A DNA stretch of 61,366 bases, counting the filler, from Dugesia japonica (lineage: Eukaryota): assembly GCA_001938525.1 (NCBI GenBank). It is 6 parts of 6 records of this genome, joined end to end, with 100 filler letters (N's around TTAATTAATTAA, not from the genome) between each part and the next. Parts side by side here need not be neighbours in the genome. Positions count along the whole stretch, not along the records: positions 11,407 to 21,150 come from MQRL01498290.1; positions 21,251 to 30,117 come from MQRL01470004.1; 4 more parts are not named here. One strand, written 5' to 3'. Shown here one piece after another: positions 11,927 through 25,172 of this stretch (the stretch's first letter is position 1; each line of letters starts with the position of its first letter). The translations under genes were made by a program, and so were the position numbers. The notes beneath the pieces were generated by a model, which was not told the origin of the DNA, ran no database searches, and saw nothing but the letters and a program-made list of their open reading frames with translations.

Positions 11927-12564
11927 TATGGTTTTTTTAAATTGTTGCTACAAAACAACGCAGTTTTTCAAATAGTCGACCTTAATGGAAGCGTCAAAAC
12001 ATTATTTGTTTGCAAATTATACAAAGAAAACTGTTTCGGACAAAGTTTAAACATATTTATTGGAATCAAAGTGGTGGATATGAAACCTGATTGACTAATG
12101 GTGAATTTTGCAAGTTGAGAAAGATAACGATAATTAATAGATTCGATGATGCTTGGTTAAAGAGATTAAATACTGGGGATTTTATTGTAATCGATGACTT
12201 GTTTGAAGAGGCAAATAAGCAGGCTGGTTTTAAGAATCTTTTTACAAAGACTGCTCGACATGGTAATGTAACTGTCATCTTTATCACCCAAAGTCTTTTC
12301 CATCAAGGTGGTATGCATCGTATATGTACTCTAAATGTTCATTATTTGGTTTTATTCAAAAATCCACGAGATCAAACTGTGGTTGATTATGTTTCTCGTC
12401 AAGCATTTCCTCACAAAAAAGGATTTTTATCTGATGCATTTCGTGATGTTAAGGCACATGGATATTTATTTATTGATTTTTTCCAACAATGTACTGATGA
12501 TGAAAGAGTAAAAACCGATATATTCGATTCGGAAGAAATAACAGTTTACAAACCATTGCTATGA
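11927..12564 (+). pseudogene. Polinton packaging ATPase (A32/FtsK-like)
   Basis: Degenerate Walker A (IVDLNGSVKT), Walker B IVIDD, ARHGNVTVIFITQ, YLVLFKNPRD, HGYLFIDF. Confidence 0.9.
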
Positions 12565-12599
12565 ATAAAATTAGTACTTAAAAATAATAAAAATAAGAA

Positions 12600-13093
12600 A
12601 TGAATCAATTTAAAAAATTATCATCAAACAAAAGGGTAGCGGTGGTAGTAATTTAAGACGATTCTCAAGAATTATTCCATACTTAAAAGCAATTTTAAGA
12701 GCTCCATCAAATTCTCGATGGCAAATTATGCACTCAACGCCGGTATTTGTCATGAATGATTTCATTAGTGTTTTGCAACAAATTGTTTTGGGCTGAGTCG
12801 ATGTTGGTCATAAAATTGGAAAATATAGGTTGAAAAAGTATCAAGAAGCTCTTTTAGATATGGCAAAAGCAATGAATTTGGCAGCAAAGAAACGAATACT
12901 TGAAAGACATTTTCTTATACAAAAAGCAAACAAGAAGAAGGACAAAAAACAAGTTTATTATGGACAAAATGGAAATGGATTTTTTTGGGCTGCACTTTTA
13001 CCAATTCTAAGTTTGTTGGGTAAAGCGGCTGTAACCGGTGCAGTTGGCGCTGCTACAGGATATGCTACAAAGAAAATTATTGATTCTGTATAA
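12600..13093 (+). pseudogene. Conserved small Polinton virion-type protein
   Basis: IPYLKAIL...IVLG*VDV...QNGNGFFWAALLPILSLLGK: a QxGxG|F motif followed by an amphipathic segment. Homologue at 47625-47944. Confidence 0.65.
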
Positions 13094-13199
13094 ATAATTT
13101 AAATTGATTTTGATATTGCAATATAAATAGTTGTTCCACCTTCTAATATATCAGACATTTCACTAAATTTTCGTTGTTGTATTTTGCTCGATTAAGTTA

Positions 13200-14203
13200 A
13201 TGGAAAAACTATGGTTTAATCCAAAGGACCCGGTTGAATACACCGGTATTTCAAAGCTTGCAAATGCTTCAAATGTTTCGGTAAAAGAGATGAAGAAATT
13301 ATTAGGCAGCCAATTGGCGTATAGTTTAAATAGATCAATGTGAAAACGGTTTCCAACACTGAAATATATTGTTGCTGGGGTTAATAGACTATAGCAAATG
13401 GATTTGATAGAAATGATTCCATATGCAAGCTTAAGTAATGATTATTGATATATTTTGACATGTGTTGATGTATTTAATCGATTTGCACATGCAGTTCTAG
13501 TAAAACGGAAATCTGGTAAAGATATTTTGTTGGCTTTGACGGCAATGTTCAAAGATGCTCACCCAAAAGCTATTTAAACCGATTTGGGTAAAGAGTTTTA
13601 CAATACTCAGGTCAAATCATTATTGATACAATATAGTATACTGCACTATTCAGTATTTTTTCAGTACAAGACTGCTCTAGTTGAGCGATTTAATCCAACT
13701 CTACGCACACGATTAAAGAAGTTCTTTACCAAAAAGGTAGCAAAAAATGGAAACATGTTTTAATAAAAAATTTATGCATACAACCATTCTGAGCATAGAG
13801 TTATTGGAGGAAGAGGAAAGAAACCAGTTGATGTTACAGATGATGATTCCATCAATAAAAAACTAAAACCAAAATATAAAATTTGACAACATGTACGGAT
13901 TTCCAGAATTAGTACTACGGCATTCATCAAAAACTTTGAAAATAATTGGAGTGACGAAGTCTTTAAATCTCAGAAATCAACACGAGATAGTCACCAATCA
14001 TGCATACAATACGTGATGAAGATGATAATATTATTCAAGGCAAATTTTATGAGCAGGCTATACAAGTGTTATTGAAAACCCCAAGTTTAAATAGAATCAA
14101 ATCAATTCTCAAAACCAAAGATCAAGAAGAATATAAACAATATCTAGTTGAATGGCATGGGTGTTTAAAGCTTACGTGGATTCAAGCATCTCAAATCCAA
14201 TAA
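13200..14203 (+). pseudogene. Polinton rve integrase with C-terminal chromodomain
   Basis: QMDL, YILTCVDVFNRF, TDLGKEFYN, VERFN, NWSDEVF, IQGKFYEQ, QYLVEWHG. Multiple stops. Confidence 0.92.
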
Positions 14204-15543
14204 TGATTTTCTATATGATTTTGCCAAGCAATAGTTGTCCAAGAACTCGACCTGATAATAATGTGAGCAAGTATTTGGTTGACAATAAGAATGCCAACAA
14301 TTTAAAAGATGACCATTGGGAAGTTGTCATGACAGAATTTGTTTTCAATTATTGTCCACAATATTCAGAAAAGTTCAAAAATTGAATATAAAATAAGAAA
14401 GGTGATGGAAATTGAAGATAAATTTCAATTAAATATTGTAAATGGTAGTCTTCAACTTAATAATACAGTACATATCAAAAATTTTTAATTGGTATATATT
14501 TTCCAATAAAAGGAAAGTAATATTAAAAACAGATTGACAAGTAGAAATGGAGTTTAAAACGTTATCAGATGCTAAAAACTTTGGTTTCAATTTAATCAAT
14601 ACCAAAAATAAGAAGCCATAGTTTCAGTTATTGATGAGCAGTTGATTCTTGCAAATATTCCATCAATACCTTTAAAATTAAAGTTTAATACTATTGAGGA
14701 TGGAAAGGTTAAATTAAAGGAAATTGGAGAAAATATAAAATTTGAGAATAAAAATGGAAAACATGTTGTCTCTGGATTGAAAAATAAAACTAATTGCGAA
14801 ATCAGTATTAACTTTGAAAATAAAATAATTATCAAATATGATTGCAATATGGAATTGGAGTTTAATTCATTGTTTGATGCTTGGTTACTGGGGTTTAATT
14901 CACAAATGACGAAAAACCAACCAATGGATTCATTTATTGAATTAGATACTAAAATGTTGGATAATATCTCCAAAACTGATGTTAAATTAAAATTTACTGA
15001 AATCAAAACAGAAATAAATTAATTTGAATTTTAAAGTTATTTAATGGTTACGGATCTAGATAATCTAAATACATCATTTATAAAATTGTGCCATAAAATA
15101 TTTAAAGAATTTGTTTTAGATTCAAATTTTGGACTGGTCATGTTTAAATTACTTGATAATGTTGAATGTATCATTTGATGAGTCTTTCGCTAATACTCGG
15201 TCTTCCTTATGAGTAATTCTACAAATCTTCAGAACAAGTAAAGGGTTTACATAAACCACTATTACACGGTGGTATCAGACAACTNTATATTTACTTATCA
15301 ATAGTCTATCAAATTTAGGTTGGTGATGTACGCGTGCTACCTTTGAGAAGTATATAGGTTGATAGCAACAAGCATTCATTTGGTGATGTTGTACATGTAA
15401 GACTTGAAAATCAAATGTATTTACCTGTACAATCATCTTCCATCAACAAAATTGAAGTAAACATACGTGATGATACGGAAAGATTGATTGATTTTCCATT
15501 TGGATAAAAAACAAGTTTAACCCTACATTTTCAACAAGTTTAA
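14203..15543 (+). pseudogene. Polinton minor capsid protein (penton)
   Basis: N-terminus FYMILPSNSC...DNNVSKY...WEVVMTEF. C-terminus MYLPVQSSSINKIEVNIRDDTERLIDFPFG...LTLHF. A long variable middle includes ORF 14642-15022. Confidence 0.8.
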
Positions 15544-15599
15544 ACAATTTGATTACCATGTGATTCAATATTGAAATGGTTGATCGAGCTATTATCATA

Positions 15600-15980
15600 A
15601 TGTATAGTCGTCTACAAATGGGTGGAGACTTGCCAAATTTTATCGGTAGCCAGCAACAGCAAGATAGTGGAAATTGGTTGCATAGAATTTAAAGTTTTTC
15701 AATTCCAATTTTGCTGAAATTTGGACTTCTAATTGCAAAGTCAGTGTGGCGAGCAGCACTAAAAACTGTTGATGATGTTATAAGAAAGAAGCAGTCATTT
15801 AAAGAATCAATCAAAAACCAAGCACTGGATATGTTGCCGGATGTGAAGGAAAATATACTTAATGCATTAAAGGAGGTTGCTTTTGGACAGCATGGTAGTG
15901 GAATACTTAAACTGAAAAATAAAATAACATCAACTATAAACAAAGGACGACGATTAGATGGAAGTATCTTTGCAAAATAA
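15600..15980 (+). pseudogene. Second small Polinton virion-type protein
   Basis: QMGGDLPNFIGSQ...IPILLK...ALKTVDDVIRKKQSFKESIK...GQHGSG; carries MGG and QxGSG protease-site-like motifs. Confidence 0.6.
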
Positions 15981-16139
15981 GCATGTATGCCGGAAAAACT
16001 AAATTATAGGTTGATAGAATTGAATTCAATATAATTGGTTAATATTAGTATTAATAAAAATAATAATAATAAAAATTATTATTATTTTTTTAAAAAAAAT
16101 AATATTTAAGGCTTATCATTCTTTATGAAAAATTGTAAA

Positions 16140-16640
16140 GGTTAGGGTGTGAAAGTTCATGCCAAAGGTGTGAAATTTCATAGATTACATTAAGATGTAA
16201 ACGTTCACACCTTAAAACGTTCATTTAAATAACAATAATGATGTGCTTTTAAATATGCTCACGACAATAAAAAAATAGAAAACTTTTCGTTGTTTTTATA
16301 AGTGCGAAAGTTTACGTCAAATATGTGAAAATTACCACCTATAAAAAATTTTAATTATAATAATAAAACAATAATGTTTGAAAATTTGATATGTGATTAC
16401 AAAATCGTTGTTTGCATTTGTCCTTTGAAATTGGCATTAAAGGTATGAAAATTTGCACCTATAAAAAACATTTAAATAATAACATTAATATTAATTTTAT
16501 GTATTAATGTTCAATCCACAACACTTAAAACAAAAAATAATAAAATTAATTGTTTACATTAATTGTGATTAAAAAAATTAAGTTTTCAGGTCAAAAAATG
16601 TGTGAACATTCACACTTATTGTTGTTTATATTATGAGGAG
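16140..16640. repeat. Dispersed repeat built on the palindromic motif GTGTGAA-NN-TTCACAC
   Basis: About 7 degenerate copies of the motif. Reverse-complement homologue at 42565-43030. Confidence 0.65.
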
Positions 16641-16679
16641 TGAACAGTGATTACGTCACATCCTGTTCTAGAAATTGTC

Positions 16680-18875
16680 TAACCACCTAATTATATGACC
16701 CACATGCAATGACTTGTTCTAAATTTCTTTCATCTATTTGCGATAGAACTATCCCGATGACATCAAAATTCGCATCTGTATCTAATACAAACATCTTTTT
16801 TATATCTGGAAAGCTGAATATCGGTGTTTTTGTTAATGCCTCTTTCATCTCATTAAAAGTTTTATCACAAATTTTAGACTACACAAGTTTTGTATTATTA
16901 CTTCCACGTGGCTCGTTCAAGCTTCTAGCTTTCTTTGAGTAATTATTGATAAACCGTCTATAGTAATTGCATATTCTCAAAAAGCTTCTCAAGTTCTTCA
17001 CACATTTAGATCTTCCGAAAATTTTCATCACTTCAATTTTTGTTGGATCAGTTCGAACTTTATTCTTGTCTATGACATGTCCTAAAAATTTGACTTCTGC
17101 TCACAATAAATGGCATTTTCCCGGATTAATTCGCAATCCAGATTCTTGAGTTCTTTTAAAAACTTTGTCTAAACTTTTATAGTGCTGCTCTAAATTTTCT
17201 GAAAATATTACTATATCATCCAAGTATACCATCTTTTCTCTCGATCTTCATAATACTTTTGTAATTAATTCTTGAAACGTTCCAGGTGCTGCAGCTATAC
17301 CAAAAGGCATTTTTGTGAAATAATACTGTCCATTTTTCGTAAAAAATGCTTTAAGTCTTTGTTTAACGGAACTTAGTATGCATTACCCAAATCAATAGTA
17401 CTAAAATATCTTGAACCACTCAAATTGTCTAATATTTCCTCTACATTGGGCATCTGAAATGCCTGTCTTTCTGTGATTGCATTCAGTTTTCTAAAATCAA
17501 GACATAATCTTTCCTTTCTGTTCTCCAAATACATATTAATGGAGTGTTCCATTGTGAATTAAACTTCACAATAATGCCATTGTCAAACAAATTCATTATA
17601 GCTTCATCTATCCTATTCTCTAAAGGCATTGGTTGTCTCCTTGAATTCGTATTTATTAGTTCTCCATTTGTGATTATTTTATGTTTTTCCATTGTTGTTC
17701 TGTCGATAGTCTAGTTTTCTGACATGAATATACCTTTATGAATCATTATAACTTTCTCTAAATTCTCATTTGGCTTGTTAATCAATATTTTTATTGCTCT
17801 CTGTACTCTCTCTATATTCGCTGTATTGTATCCATACTTTAATTCTATATTACAAAGATACATTTCATTATCCTCACATTTAATCTCACTCAGCCGTTAA
17901 AATCCAAACTTTTTGTAATTCTATTCCTTCTATTAAATCAGGATATATCAGTTTCACCACAATGTACTTAACTGTTTAGTTTTTATTCCTGAATTTCACT
18001 TCTACCTTTAACGTACCTACGATTTCGAGCGGACTTTTATTAACACAGCATAAATTGTTTTCACATTTTAATATATTGACTTTACTCAATATATACAAAA
18101 TTTTCAAACTCATCACATTAACTCTTGCTCCAGTGTCTAACAAGCAATCAACTTTTACGCCCTGTATTTCAACCATTATACTTACTCTACCTTGCATCTT
18201 GTTATAACTTATATCTTGTCACTTTATCTCTTCTATCAACAAAATTTCACAGTCATCTTCTCCATTTATACCATTGATAATTTCCGGTTAGCTTCTAATC
18301 AATTCTTCCTTTTCAAACTTGTGAACCTTTTCTTTTACATCATTGTACTCTTCTAAACGTTTATCTTCATTTTTTATTTATATAACAATTTATACTACTT
18401 TTACTATAATTAACAATACTGCCATTTTTTGGGAAACTTAGTTCAATGCTCCGAAAATCTCAACTTCGGTCAGATCTTGGCCATTTGGGTATTCATCTTG
18501 ATAAATATTTGATCATTCATTACAATAGTGGCTTTTGTTTTATCTACACGCACAATCTTTACCATAACTTAATCTTAACGTTACTTTCATTCCTCTTTGT
18601 GTAATTATTCGTATGTTTTGAATAATATCTTTTTTGCCATTTCCGAATTCTTTTCTGGTCTGTTTATTTTTGTTTTGGTAACTAAACTGTTTTTTTCATA
18701 TTTGTGTGATAAGTCCTCTGTGTGGTGGCCTTTCTTGTTGCATCTTGAACAACTAACTTTGGTACAGTCTCTTCTTAAGTATTGTTCAGATACACAAGCA
18801 TAACACTTACTTTTTCTTTCTTTAAAATTTCTGTTTACATGAACTATTTTGTTACAGGTCCAACACGTAGTTTTT
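16680..18875 (-). mobile_element. Decayed Ty3/gypsy gag-pol (Zn knuckle, protease, RT, RNase H start)
   Basis: CSRCNKKGH knuckle, CLLDTGA protease, MPFGIAAAPGTFQ, VYLDDIVIFS, VKFLGHVI, FVLDTDANFDVIG. Confidence 0.9.
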
Positions 18876-18922
18876 GTACATTAACATAACATTAAAATTT
18901 AACGAAGCAAATTTTTTTTTAC

Positions 18923-19310
18923 CTGATTTATATATGATATCCGAAGACATATACATTCTTCCTTCATACTTTGCATAACAAGCAATCTTAATATCTTGAG
19001 GTACGAATTCTATATTTATTTTCAAAAACTTTGAATATTTTCCATCATGTATCAGTCTCGGCAAAATATATTTGTTCGCATATTCTGGCAATTGATCATT
19101 TCCTTTGCTTGGTATAATTGTTTCGATATTACCAATTATCAAAGTAAATTGGTATTCAATGTAAAAAATAACGTCATCAGATTCACATGATGCATTACTC
19201 ATAAAGTAAACATTTTTTATAGTTAATTTCCATGAGTCTATTAATTTTATTTGTATTTCAACAAAAATTATTACAATAAAAAAAAATCTTACTTGTTTTG
19301 ATAATTTCAT
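18923..19310 (-). CDS. First exon of an orphan putative secreted or membrane protein
   Basis: Open 129-codon frame with an ATG and a signal-peptide-like stretch (MKLSKQVRFFFIVIIFVEIQ), ending at a CAG|GTAAAA donor. Confidence 0.5.
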
Positions 19311-19929
19311 TAGATAGTAAAACAGTATAAATAAAAATCGTGTTCAATTCATAATCCACTAACATAATCGAATGAAACAATCAGACTAATAATCAATTTG
19401 TTATAAGAAATTTTCACTTAAAATAACAATAGGAAATTATTAAAATGGTTTTCTTTTCAATTATTTCAAGTGTAGATTTCTCAATTAAAAAAATGCTATT
19501 TTTCAAAGAGAAATTTAAAGAGAATATCGTTTAAATTATAACAAATTTTATTATACATATAACATTGATTTAATTATTCAATAATGAATATTGATTGTTT
19601 AAAATGTTTAATTAAAGTCATAATATTTATCACAGATTTCAATTTATCACGATGTTCTTCGTTTTCTATTTGCTAGCTGCAAATTATGATTAAATGATTT
19701 CCTAAAATATCGTTTAAAACACAACTTTTACTTTCATCTGAAAAGATTTTGATAATTCTTTAGATTTCAGAATTTGTTGATATTCGAACCCATTTTCATA
19801 CCATTTTCATCCTGTTTTACATTTATTAAAATTTGAAAATATTTAAATAAAATTTTAGTATTTAGTTAATAGAATGATGAAAGTTATTATTTTTTTGAGA
19901 AATAAAATTATTTTTAAATGTAAACCAAT

Positions 19930-20500
19930 AAGTTGCTGTCAGTTTTTCATATATTGTTGATCATGATCGAAACAAGTGTTGGATTTGAAAAGTTAAAATC
20001 TTTTCTATCCATTCCAATGACAAAGCAATTTGGAAAGATCATGATTTACAGTTTGTTGAACTTTGATTCAAACTTGCATTTTGAACTTACACCGCATTAT
20101 CGCGCCATAAACGCTTAACTGTATTGAGAACTCATTTTTGCGTCTATGAAGTCCTGGTTGAAAACTACATAAATCTTGTTCGTAGAAAAATCGTTTTATG
20201 TGAACAGGGCAATGCAAACATACACACTATCGGAAAGACTTGGAATTAGTTTGAAAAACTGGATGGTATCGAGGTTCTGCCGCATCAAATCTATAGTCAA
20301 GCCTGTGCTCCATATGACCATTGTCTCTACTGACCAATGCAGCACTTTTTGTAAGAAATAGTACTTGAGTTATTTTATGAAGTTTAATGAGCCTTGTCAA
20401 AAATTATTCAATAAAACCGAATGATTGGTACTTTGACAACATTTGGAAGCTTAAAGATCGTAAGCAGAAGGTCGGGAAGGTCTTTGTTTTGATAAATAGC
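19930..20500 (+). pseudogene. mariner transposase remnant (catalytic domain)
   Basis: EVLPHQIYSQACAPYDHCL..PMQHFL resembles the mariner EVLPHPPYSPDLAPSDYHLF..MQHFL motif. Confidence 0.75.
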
Positions 20501-20969
20501 TAATGTTCTTGAATAAGTTCTTACATGAAAAAATCGTTACTTTAACATGGCGCACGAATTTTTTCCTCCACTTACTAAATTATTGTATCAATTAAACTAA
20601 CAAAGAGGTACTAAATAAAATTTGAAAAACAAAACCCTACTGTTCAAATATCTTTTATCTCGAAAATTTTGTTAATAAAATGATATAATCCACCGTCTGT
20701 CTAAAACTAATAGTCAAAGTATAGCCGATTCATTTGGGATCTATCAAAGATTTTTTAAAAAACTATTTTCAAACAACTATTGTTGTTGAGATTTTTAACA
20801 GAAGCGGATTTAATTATTTTGAAATTTGAGGTGAAATTTATTAAAATTGAAAATGTTTTAAATTAAATTAGTAAAATATATTTATGATAAATATTAAATT
20901 TATTTTAAAAAACTTATTTAATTTTGAAATCAAATAATTCTATTAAAAAGTAATTTAAAATTTATTATA

Positions 20970-21010
20970 CACCAGTCATACCCGGCCACTTGTGGCTGCG
21001 GCTCAGTTTG
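20970..21010 (-). mobile_element. Possible Helitron-like 3' end
   Basis: Minus strand has a GC-rich hairpin GCCACAAGTGGC followed about 10 nt later by CTGG-T. Confidence 0.35.
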
Positions 21011-21150
21011 GTTCAATGAAACAGAAAAGAAAAGAGAATGAATACGTTTTCTAATTATTTTACTTTACAATGCTTGTGGATATACAATATTTTTTGTTGT
21101 TCCATTGTTTGTGTAGATATAATTGAACGAACATGGCTTATATATCTATT

Positions 21151-21250
21151 NNNNNNNNNNNNNNNNNNNNNNNNNNNNNNNNNNNNNNNNNNNNTTAATT
21201 AATTAANNNNNNNNNNNNNNNNNNNNNNNNNNNNNNNNNNNNNNNNNNNN
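21151..21250. other. Artificial contig spacer
   Basis: N44-TTAATTAATTAA-N44. Confidence 0.95.
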
Positions 21251-21449
21251 TTTTTTAATTTAATTGGGTATTTTACGAATCATTGTTATTCTATTATTAA
21301 GTAAATAATCGATAAAATCTCTATATATTACAAGGTTTCATATTACATTTCGAAAATTTCACAACGAGTTTGAAAGTTATAAATTATACAATTTATTTAA
21401 TATTTGTATAGTTATAATTGTATCAAAAGGACCAGAATTATTAATTTAA

Positions 21450-21660
21450 CATTCATTAAAATAAAAGCTTCGACCAAAATTTGTTTTCTTTGTTTTTGAT
21501 AATAATTCTTTATTTCGATTTTGTTTTCAGGAATTGACTTTTTGATTCATTCAATATTTATGTTTACAATAGTAATTTTGTTTGAATTAATATATTTTTA
21601 CTAAATTTTAATTGGTTAATTTTTTAAATTTACTTATGATAAATTACATTGATTTTAGGA
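21450..21660 (-). repeat. Penelope-type terminal repeat, hammerhead core eroded
   Basis: Colinear with 57915-58160 and 8315-8400 (AAAGCTTCGACCAAAAT...TATTTCGA...CAGGAATTGACTTTT). Confidence 0.6.
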
Positions 21661-23249
21661 TTGTCTTTAGGATTTAAAATTATATAGTTTAATATTATTT
21701 GATTAAATCTTCTAAGAATATTGGTAGGTGTTTGGCCTGCATACCTGCCATTTAAAAGTAAATAATTTTTTGGTAACATTTATTATAATTAAATAGTACG
21801 AGTTGAATATTATAAAATTGCAATTAGAAAATCAATTAATCAAAAAAAATTATGAGAATTGCAACTATTTATCGAAATAATTACAATAATAAAATTTGGC
21901 TAAATAAAAAAATAGAACAATCAAAAGCTTACGTATTCACTAACTTTAATAACAGTAATTTTTGAATTCAAATTAAAATTTGCAAATACTAAGATATGGA
22001 TGATTTTTGAGCACTTCTTTTTTAGACGATTTACAAAATACTACCAAAACAAACAATATTCAAACAGTTGATTTTCATTTAAAAAGCATATAAAATAATT
22101 TACATAATAATAAAATTCTTAAAACATTCAAATTCTCACAGATATATTAGTTATTAAAAAATTAATTTAAAATAATTTAGAAATAAAAAAGTGATTGAAG
22201 CCCTGAATTTATATGAAATTTATTTCGATTGGAATTTTTGATTTTTCCTGTTTGTATTGTGTTTGATTTCAAATGGTTCTATTGACAATAAATTGCTTCA
22301 TATGGTTGCTTATTTTTATGAAATCTACCACAAACTTCGTGTTTCTAGTTTTAGTTTTTTGTTTCAGTGTTTTATTCTTAATCACATGTCGAATAGATTG
22401 TTTCTTTTTAAATTCACGATAGAAAGAACACATTTAGACTAGCAATAGAGATAATATTGTAAATAATTTAAAATTATGATTTTGGAATTGATTGTTTTTG
22501 GGATTTTTTGTAAGTAATTTAAAAACTACCGGAATAGAATCGTTTAAATCATGGATAAACAAGTATTTATAACCTAATCTTGAGAATCAATCAATTATTT
22601 CAAAAATTTATTTTGTTTCTTATTGATTATGCACTGATGGATTATGTTTTATGAATGCTTGTAAATTTATATTAGTATCGAGACAAAGCAAACTATGTTG
22701 GTTCACCATCTCCTTTTCAGAAAAAATTACTTACCGAATCTGTGAAAATCTGTTTTTTTAGTAAATATGTACAGTGGCCAGTTTGGTATCCATGTTGCTA
22801 CTACTAATTAATGATGTGAAAAAATTTATAGTTAACACGAAACTTATTCATTTAATTAAAAAATAATTTAATAGAATCAATATATAGGATTAGAATTATT
22901 AGTAGAATAGATTAAAAAACCAAATTATCTGAATGATGCATATAAACGTAGTACATAATATTAATCTAGTAATATCTAGGCTTATTTTTTGCTAGTAGTA
23001 ATTTTAAGTTATCACTTTCAACTATTTGAAATTGATTTCTTTGAATAATATTAAATAATGATCCAAAAACTGCACAATTAAAATAAATGGTCTTAAAATT
23101 GAACATGCTAACAAGAAGTTACCTTAAATTCAAACATTTTTAAATAATAACCCTAAAATAAAACATGTTAATGAAGTGGCTCTTATATTATATCTGTCAG
23201 GTGATTATATCCTAGTGTAACAAGAGAACAGTAAGTCACTCATCAATAT

Positions 23250-24280
23250 GGATAATATTACTTGGTGCACATACTGAGAAATTATGGCAGTAAAGTATCA
23301 GGTACCACTTGCATTATTCCTCTAGTGGGAACATAACTGCAGTATACAGTTCCAAAAATCCATATTTGAGAATCTAAAACTCTACTTCGACGATACTCTT
23401 GCTTATGACAAAATAAATTTTCTTCAATCTGTCATACAACATTTCATGAGTGAGAAAATTTTTGGAGACATGTTTCCAAGAGTTTCAAAATCTTAATTAG
23501 CATAGGTGGCATAACCTTTATCGAGTTTTTAATCTGACAAATATTCTCGTTAACTATCTATTGATAGAGAATCTTCAACCAAGATATATGATCGATTTTT
23601 AAGTTTAAAATGAAAGTTACCTTATAAATTGTAGCCTTATGGTGACTACGGATATCTTTCTTACCGTCTTGGAGTTTCTCCTCATGAGGTCCTAGAAATA
23701 ACGTTTTGCAAAATATTTCATCGATACTGTTGGTTTTGGCCTCATGGTCTGTATTCTATTTTCCGTCATCACTGATTGGGTGTTTCTCATACTCTTTTTA
23801 TTGTCTATCCTCTTGCATTTTATTTATGTATGGTTTCACTACATTTGCATAACTCATTTTTTGGTATTATACAGATATCTTTCTTTTCAGCGATTCATTG
23901 ATAATGTTCCTTATCCTCGTAAATCTTAGCTAGGGATTTCATTTCCGTAATCTTGAAATCAGTCAATGTTTCTTTTAACTTTGTATTTTTCACTTTCTTT
24001 GAGAGTATGTAATTAATTATTTCATCCTTACTTAATCCTGAATTCATGACATTATTTTTCAGATTTCTTACTCTAATTTCGAATGTTGCGAATCTTTCTT
24101 CAGTCTATTGTTTCGCCGTTGTTAATTCTAAAATCAGCTCTGAAAACGATTTTGTTAATCATAAATATACTTGAACCATTTTTTAGCTTCCTTCACTAAA
24201 ATTGCTTTCCGTTGTCTTGTCACCACATGCACAATCCTGGCGTGGTTGCTAGTTACAATATCCTTGTCATCTACCATATT
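23250..24280. mobile_element. Highly degraded LTR-retrotransposon fragments
   Basis: Plus strand RLGVSPHEVL (integrase-like). Minus strand gag-like pieces (EERFATFEIRVRNL, SYANVVK). Confidence 0.4.
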
Positions 24281-24914
24281 TGAACAAATAACTAAATACA
24301 TAGAATATTTATTAAATATAAATTATAACGTTAATTCGTATTATTCAAATAGCATTATTTTGAATTTCCATAACTATGTCAATCTTTATGATTTCAAAAA
24401 GTTCTTCTGTATTTGTTGTTGAAAATGATCTAAAATTAGACATCTTGTATATATTCAAAATGTCTTCAAATATATGATTGAAATCATAATAGGTAGTATC
24501 CAAGGGTAATTATATCGCTATAATTATTTTTACCTTTTATTAATTGGAAATTTGCATAAATTCTCCTCGACCTAAATTTCGTTTGTACAAATATTTAATT
24601 CTTGTAATAACATTTAGGGTAATTATAAAGTTTCATTTTAAAATTAGTTTAAAGCATATTGATTTGTTAAATAATATTGCTGTTTGTAATTGGTGCAGGT
24701 TCTTTTCGTGTCGAAATGTAAATTTTCAGAACATATTAGAATTAAACTGTTTGAATAATAATCACGAATTCAATTAAGTTTAGTTTATCTAATCCTTTCA
24801 ATGTAAGAAAATCAGGATTAAGGAAGGTTTGTGTAGCTTGGAAGTATTTACTCACGGTATTGAGATAATTAACAATTGTATAATCAATGATGAACACAGA
24901 AATTTCAAAATATA

Positions 24915-25172
24915 ATAAAGCATGTTTGCCATAAGCCTCTATAATTAATTTATGCGCATCATTAGCCTTTTTCTTCAAATGAAATAATAAAAAGCAATGC
25001 TTCCCGCATATGTTGAAATTTTTTAAAAACGTATTTACAATTTCTTACATTGTTATAGATAGCGCTTAAAGTGTGTATTATTTAAACAAAATATAATTTA
25101 TATGAATTAAATTGTATCTAACTAAAATTATAATAAATACAAACGGCAAAGTCAAGCTTGTAGACCTAATAT
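24915..25172 (-). mobile_element. mariner 5' end (TIR plus transposase HTH start)
   Basis: TA-TTAGGTCTACAAGCTTGACTTTGCCGTTT TIR, followed by HMREALL..FHLKKKANDAHKLIIEAYGKHAL. Confidence 0.75.

Larger units (their letters stand above)
11407..16010 (+). mobile_element. Decayed Polinton/Maverick internal region
   Basis: Gene order: TBP-like(-), ATPase, small virion protein, integrase, penton, second small virion protein. Many stops and frameshifts. Confidence 0.9.

Noticed and set aside
15983-16010. Start of a major capsid protein gene
   Set aside because: Only ~9 codons before the sequence turns to AT-rich filler. No major capsid or adenain protease gene was recognisable anywhere in the window.
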